A stretch of DNA of 64,000 bases from the human T2T-CHM13v2.0 reference genome, Homo sapiens. Under the pieces are notes generated by a model, which searched no databases, was not told the DNA's origin, and saw nothing but the letters and a program-made list of their open reading frames with translations. This document shows, one piece after another, positions 58,073 to 64,000 of the stretch. A program made the position numbers and the translations under genes. The stretch's first letter is position 1; each line of letters starts with the position of its first letter. The DNA lies in NCBI RefSeq assembly GCF_009914755.1, contig NC_060928.1. The stretch is one strand, 5' to 3'.

Positions 58073-58762
58073 TACTACAGACTGAATGATTGTGTGCTCC
58101 CCTCTCCCAATCCCAATCCCCACCGCCCAGCCCACACCCACCCCCCATGACCCCTGTGACAAATTCATATGTTGAAATCCTAACCCACAATGTTACCATA
58201 TTAAGAGGTGGGGCCTTTGGTAAGTGACTAGGTAATAAAGGCAGAACTCTCACGAATGAGATTAGTGCTTTTACAAAAGAGACTGGGGGCCAGGTGCAGT
58301 GGTTCACGTCTGCAATCCCAGCATTTTGGGAAGCCGAGGCAGGTGGCTCACTTGAGGCCAGGAGTTCAAGACCAGCCTGGCCAATATGGTAAATCCTGTC
58401 TCTACTAAAAATACAAAAATTAGCCTGGCATGATGGCAGGTGCCTGTAATCTCAGCTACTCAGGAGGCTTAGGCAAAAGAATCGCTTGAGCCCAGGAGGC
58501 AGAGGTTGCAGTGAGCTGAGATCGTGTCAAAGCAAGACTCTGTCTCAAAACAACAGAGAGAGAGAGAGAGACCCTGGGAGGGCTCCTTTATCCCAGCAAG
58601 AAGACTGTCTATGAACCAGGAGGCAGGCACTTATCAACATCAAGTCTGCTGGCAGCTTACCATAGATTCCCCAACCTCTAGACCTGAGGAAAAAAAATTC
58701 TGTTGATCATAAGCCACCCTGTCTATAGTGTTCTGTTATAGTAGTCCAAGTGAACTAAGACA
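58073..58762 (+). mobile_element. MLT1A-type MaLR LTR interrupted by an Alu
   Basis: aaattcatatgttgaaatcctaaccc...gaggtggggcctttgg...gaactaagaca. Confidence 0.85.
58288..58555 (+). mobile_element. AluS (Sx/Sz-like) with a 3' internal deletion
   Basis: Dimer; the ccactgcactccagcctggg segment is missing at ~58527. Confidence 0.88.
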
Positions 58763-59164
58763 GCAACCTATAGTGTTACACATGGCAGCTCAGATCCCTA
58801 TTATTATGCTCCCATTATATTATAATGGGAAAAAGGGGGACAGCGGGCATAACATTGACATTTCTGAATATATCACCTCAAACATACGTACGAAAGAAAA
58901 CAGAAATTGCTCAGTTATAGAACATCAATGACTAGATGTAATTTTAAAATAATCTTTGTTTGACATATCTATTGAGTAGAGTTTCTTAAAGGTGTTCTAT
59001 ACTTTAAAAATGAGAGTTTATAGTTACATTGTATTGACGAATACTCTTAGAGTTTCCCAATATATGTTACCAAATTAAAGGCTCTGAAAACTTTGGAAAG
59101 ATAAATTTTTCATCTTCTTTAAGATTCCCAAAACTTGTATTTTTTAAAATGTTGCTCTATAGTT

Positions 59165-59375
59165 TTTACCTGATCATATACAAATGTTTTGAAACACTGT
59201 CATAAAGAAAAGCATAAAGAAGCAAGTATAAATCATCTGAAATCCTGCCATCCTGAGATAATCACCAGAAACAGTTTGTTGCTGACCTTCTCTTCTTTCA
59301 TTTTTCCATGTCTATATAATCACACCATCAAACATGTGTATTTAGAGATCATTCTAAAATGCTGTTGTTATTTGT
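59165..59375 (-). mobile_element. L1ME 3'-end fragment
   Basis: aaagcataaagaagcaagtataaatcatctgaaatcctgccatcctgagataatcacc. Confidence 0.5.
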
Positions 59376-60582
59376 GAATGCGTTTGTTTTCCTTTTTTCT
59401 TTTCTCTCACCCCTCCATTCTCCATTCTCTATCTAGAAAATCAATATAAAAAATCTGGTTGTTACTTTTCCCCACATTTATATAATCATGTACACATTTT
59501 TACATAACAGAATGTTAAATGGAATTGACCCTGTACTCTGACACTGGCCTGAAGCCGTAAGCAGAAGATGATGAGTAGTAAATGTCAAAACATTCTAAAT
59601 TTGTTAAGGAAAGGTCCTGGATACATTTTTACAAGGCTTTCTAAAAGGGGAATACAACTGGGCCTGTGACTCTTACTTATCCACAAGATCTAGCCTACAT
59701 ATGAAGATTTATTTATACAAAGAGGTACTGACTTAAAAGAGTGTGAATCAGCCTTTCCTCTTTCTACTAGTGGAGTGGATGCTGCCCTCTCACCTATCAA
59801 GCCAAGAGCAGGAGTGGAGAACGAGGAAGATGGCCATAAAGTCCTTGGGAACATTCAGGGGTATGTGCATAAGGAGATTCTGCCACAGTTATTTTCTGGA
59901 TGGATGCTTGATAACCCAAGGAAACTCATTAGCCTAACTAGTCCTTCATCTACCTCTATTGCAAAAGGATTCTTTGAAAATATTATATATCCCTACAAGA
60001 ATTTGGAAGAATACATGATAAAACTAAAAGCTGCTTGAATTCCCTGACATCAGAATAAGGAGAGAAGAGTGCAACAAGAGTAAAATACATTTCCATAGAT
60101 GTGGGGCAAGAGGTTAAGTTTTCCATGTCAAGTGATACTATCATTGTAAGTAAGCTAAAGCTGCCTTGAAAGGATCCCTTTTTAGGGTGCTTGGCAGAAG
60201 GAGAGGGCCCAGGATATATACCCTTTGGAAAGAAGTTAAGAGAAAATAATAAAAGGCTAGACTAAACGTGTATCACTCAAATTAGAAAAAGGTAGAATAT
60301 AAAAAGCCATAGTACCAGGTTGCTGGAGGTAGTAGTGTTTCTAAAGAATCCACAAATAATTCCTAAGAGAAAAAGCTAGCAACAGTTAGACATCTGTTAT
60401 GACAGACAGCATAGAGGAACCAAGAAAAAATTCCCAATAACATCAGCCATTGCCTGGTTACCTCTTATCTCCCCTTCCTGCTCTGACACTGCAGTGTCAG
60501 AAGCAGCAAGAGTGTGAGGGGAAAGGTAAGAACAAGATAGAGCAATAGTGAAAGAATAAATGATACTGCATCACTACCCAGC

Positions 60583-62798
60583 TGATAAGGTTGGCTGTGC
60601 CCCCACCCAAATCTCACCTTGAATTCCCACATGTAGTGGAAGGGACCTGGGGGCAGGTCTTTCCTATGCTGTTCTCATGATAGTTCTCATGAGATCTGAT
60701 GGTTTTAAAATGGGAGTTTTCTTGCGCAAGCTTTCTTTTCTTGTCTACTGCCAGTGTGTGATGTGCCTTTCACCTTCCACCATGATTGTGAGGCCTCCCC
60801 AGCCATGTGGAATTGTAAGTCCAATAAACTCTTTCTATTGTAAATTGCCCAGTCTTGGGTATGCCTTTATCAGCAATGTGAAAACAGACTAATACAGTAA
60901 ATTGGAACAGCAGAGTGAGGCGCTGCTGGAAAGATATCTGAAAGTGTGGAAGCAACTTTGGAACTGGGTAACAGGCAGAGGTTGAAACAGTTTGGAGGGC
61001 TCAGAAGAAGACAGGGAAATGTAAGAAAGTTTGGAACTTTGGAGACTTTTTGAATGGCTTTGCCCAAAATGCTGACAGCGATATGGAAAATAAAGTCCAG
61101 GTTGAGGTGATCTCAGATGGAAATGAGGAACTTGTTGGGAATTGGAGCAAAGGTGACTCTTGTTACCTTTTAGCAAAGAGACTGGTGGCATTTTGCCCCT
61201 GCCCTAGAGATTTGTGGAACTTTGAACTTGAGAGAGATGATTTAGGATATCTGGCAGCAGAAATTTCTAAGCAGCAAACATTCAAGAGGTGACTTGGGTA
61301 CTGTTAAAGATATTCAGTTTTAAAGGGGAAGCAGAGCATAAAAGTTTGGGAAATTTGCAGCATGACAATGCAATAGAAAAAAAAATCCCATCTTCTGAGG
61401 AGAAATTCAAGCCAGTTGAAAACATTTGCATAAGTAACAAACAACTGAATGTTAATCCCCAAGACAATGGAGAAAATGTCTCCAGGGCATGTGAAAGACC
61501 TTTGCGGCAGCCCCTCCCATCACAGACCCAGAGGTTTGGGAGGGAAAAATGGTTTGGTGGGCTGAGCCAGGGTCCCTCTGCTGTGTGCAGTCTAGGGACT
61601 TGGTGCCCTGCATTACAGCTATAACTAAAAGGAGCCAAGGCACAGCTTGAGCTGCTGCTTCAGAGGGTGGAAGCTGCCAAGCCTTGGCAGCTTCCACATG
61701 GTGTTGAACCTACGAGTCCACAGAAATGAAGAATTGCGGTTTGGGAACCTCTGCCTAGATTTCAAAGATATATGGAAATGCCTGGATGCCCAGGTAGAAG
61801 TTTGCTGCAGGGGTGGGGCCCTCATGGAGAACCTCTGCTAAGGCTGTATGGAAAGGAAATGTGGGGTCAGAGCCCCCAAACAAAGTCCCTACTGTGGCAC
61901 CACCTAGAGAAGCTGAGAGAAGAGGGCCACCATCCTCCAGACTCCAGAATGGTAGATCAACTGATAGCTTGCACCATGTACCTGGAAAAGCTGCAGACAC
62001 TCAATGCCAGCCCATGAAAGCAGCCAGGAAGGGGGCTGTGCCCAGCAAAGCCACAGAGGCAGAGCTACCCAAGACCATGGGAACCCACCTCTTGCATCAG
62101 CATGACCTGAACATGAGACATGACGTCAAAGGAGATCATTTTGGAGGTTTAAGATTTGACTGCCCCACTGGATTTCAGACTTGCATGGGGCCTGTAGCCC
62201 CTCTGTTTTGGCCAATTTCTCCCATTTGCAATGGTTGTATTTACCCAATGCCTGTACCCGTATGTGGGAAATAACTAACTTGTGTTTGACTTATAGGCTC
62301 ATAGGTGTAAGGGACTTGCCTTGCCTCAGATGAGACTTTGGACTATGGACTTTTGAGTTAATGCTGAAATGAGTTAAGACTTTGGGGGATTGTTGGGAAG
62401 GCATGATTGGTTTTGAAATGTGAGGACATGAGATTTAGGCAGGGCCAGGGGTGGAATGATATGGTTTGGCTGTGTCCCCACCCAAATCTCATCTTGAATA
62501 CCCACATTGTGGGAAAGACCCAGTGGGAGGCAATTGAATCGTGGGGGCAGGTCTTTCCAGTGCTGTTCTCATGATAGTGAATAAGTCTCAGGAGATCGGA
62601 TGGTTTTAAAAAGGGGAGTTTCCCTGCACAAACTCTCTTCTCTTGTCTGCTGCCATGTGAGATGTGCCTTTTACCTTCTGCCATGATTGTAAGACCTTAC
62701 CAGCCACATGAAATTGTAAATCCAATAAACCTCTTTCTTTTGTAAATTGCCCAGTCTTGGGTATGCCTTTATCAGCAGAGTGAAAACAGACTAATATA
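60583..62798 (+). mobile_element. Complete THE1B MaLR provirus (LTR 60583-60896, internal 60897-62456, LTR 62457-62798)
   Basis: Two homologous LTRs, ~1.56-kb THE1 internal region, polypurine tract before the 3' LTR, perfect 5-bp TSD ccagc (60578-60582 / 62799-62803). Confidence 0.96.
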
Positions 62799-62803
62799 CC
62801 AGC

Positions 62804-63350
62804 CTTCCCTTCATCATCCTCAATATATTTTGCAGAAGCCAAGATCCAGCCTGAGCTAGGGGTATGGGAGGCAATTTGAACTGTTTGGGAGATTGAAGTT
62901 TTGATATTAGATTAGATTTGACTTTTTCTTTTTTCTTTTTTCTTTTTTTTTGAGACAGGGTGTTGCTCTGTTGCCCAGGCTGGGGTGCAGTGACACAACC
63001 ATAGCTCACTGCAGCTTCAACCTCTCAGGGCTCAAGTGATTTTTCTGCCTCAGTCTCCCCAGTAGCTGGAACTACAGGCATGCACAATTATGCTCAGCTT
63101 TTTTTTTCTTCTTTGCAGAGATGGGGTCTTGCTATCTTGCCCAAGCTGGTCTCCTTGGCCTCCTAAAGTGCTAGGATTACAGCATGAGCCACCACACCCA
63201 GCCTAGATTTTTATTATCTAAAAATATGACTGGAAAAAACAAGAAATCTGACATCAAGATATAATCTAAGGCCAAGAAAGGGAGATCTGAGAAAAGTCTG
63301 CTTATTAGTGGAGGAAAGCAAAAATTATTTAATTAGTGTAAGGTATCGAG
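62804..63350 (+). mobile_element. Ancient Gypsy-type LTR remnant hosting THE1B and an Alu; probably continues left of 60583
   Basis: gagattgaagttttgatattagattagatttgac...ttttattatctaaaaatatgactggaaaa; recalled MamGypLTR similarity. Confidence 0.4.
62923..63203 (-). mobile_element. AluJ
   Basis: Poly(T) then gagacagggtgttgctctgttgcccaggctgg...; tagattt on both flanks. Confidence 0.9.
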
Positions 63351-63599
63351 ACTTCCACTTTCACTGTGTATATAAATATATATCATTAAATTTATAAAAG
63401 GCAATTGTATTTTATATATTTATCTATATCTTTTTTTCGAATTTGGTAAAATACTCTGGAAAGCCTCCCAAACCTTGATTCTAATTCATCCATAATGATT
63501 GCTTTGAATCTTTGGTCCAATGTACTCACCCGTTTTTCATCATTCTCATATTAATAACTTTCTTTTCATTTCAATACTTTTTGTTGCTCAAAAAATCCC

Positions 63600-64000
63600 A
63601 CTGCAATATCTACCCTTATTTTATGCTAACTTTTACTTTTATGAAATCATAGAAGCAGAAAGCATGAGTCTGTTTGCTAGGAAAATGTATGCATATTATA
63701 TTCTAATATATTGCCAACATGATTTCCACAAAAATATAGCAAAATTTCCACGTGCAATATATGAAAATGCTAAATTTTTGGAATCCTTGTTAACACCAGA
63801 AATTACCACTCTTTTAAATTTTTAACAATTTACTGGGTTAAAAAGCAATTATCTCATTGTTTTAATCTGCATTTCTCTGGCTACTGGTAAGACTGAGCAT
63901 GGTTACTGGTCATTCGAATGTACTCTTCTGGGAAATTCTTTATAATAAAATTGGCCTATTTTTCTAGTCAGTTATTTGTGTTTCTCTTATCAATTTAAAG
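63600..64000 (-). mobile_element. L1ME-type fragment running off the window edge
   Basis: tatctcattgttttaatctgcatttctctgg (antisense ORF2 C-terminus). Confidence 0.6.

Noticed and set aside
61050-62274. Cluster of 80-153 aa ORFs as a gene
   Set aside because: Fragments of the THE1 internal region, broken across frames

Overview
This is AT-rich, repeat-dense primate (human-like) nuclear DNA, intergenic or deep intronic. It is not prokaryotic. I find no intact protein-coding gene, RNA gene, CRISPR array or operon. The recognisable ORFs in the track are retroelement remnants and the rest look like chance ORFs. Main content: a nested stack of old L1s (0.9-8.6 kb); a full-length but disabled L1PA5-like element (21.66-27.78 kb, +) inside a fragmented L2; a near full-length L1MA-type element (33.8-41.7 kb, -); a complete THE1B provirus with 5-bp TSD (60.58-62.80 kb) and a solo THE1B LTR; about ten Alus; and MLT1, LTR33, MIR, L2, L3/CR1, Tigger/MER and ancient Gypsy-like LTR fossils. 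Subfamily names come from recalled consensus sequences, not from a run search, and boundaries of old repeats are approximate. I do not see a new biological system. The most notable sequence-level observations are three. (1) The L1PA5-like element has two nested pairs of target-site duplications and two poly(A) tails, suggesting simultaneous short 5' and 3' transduction of its source locus. (2) A bulge-free 80-bp hairpin lies in non-L1/Alu sequence at 42296-42375. (3) An L1MA has lost about 5 kb internally, with a perfect fold-back palindrome and AT filler at the breakpoint.
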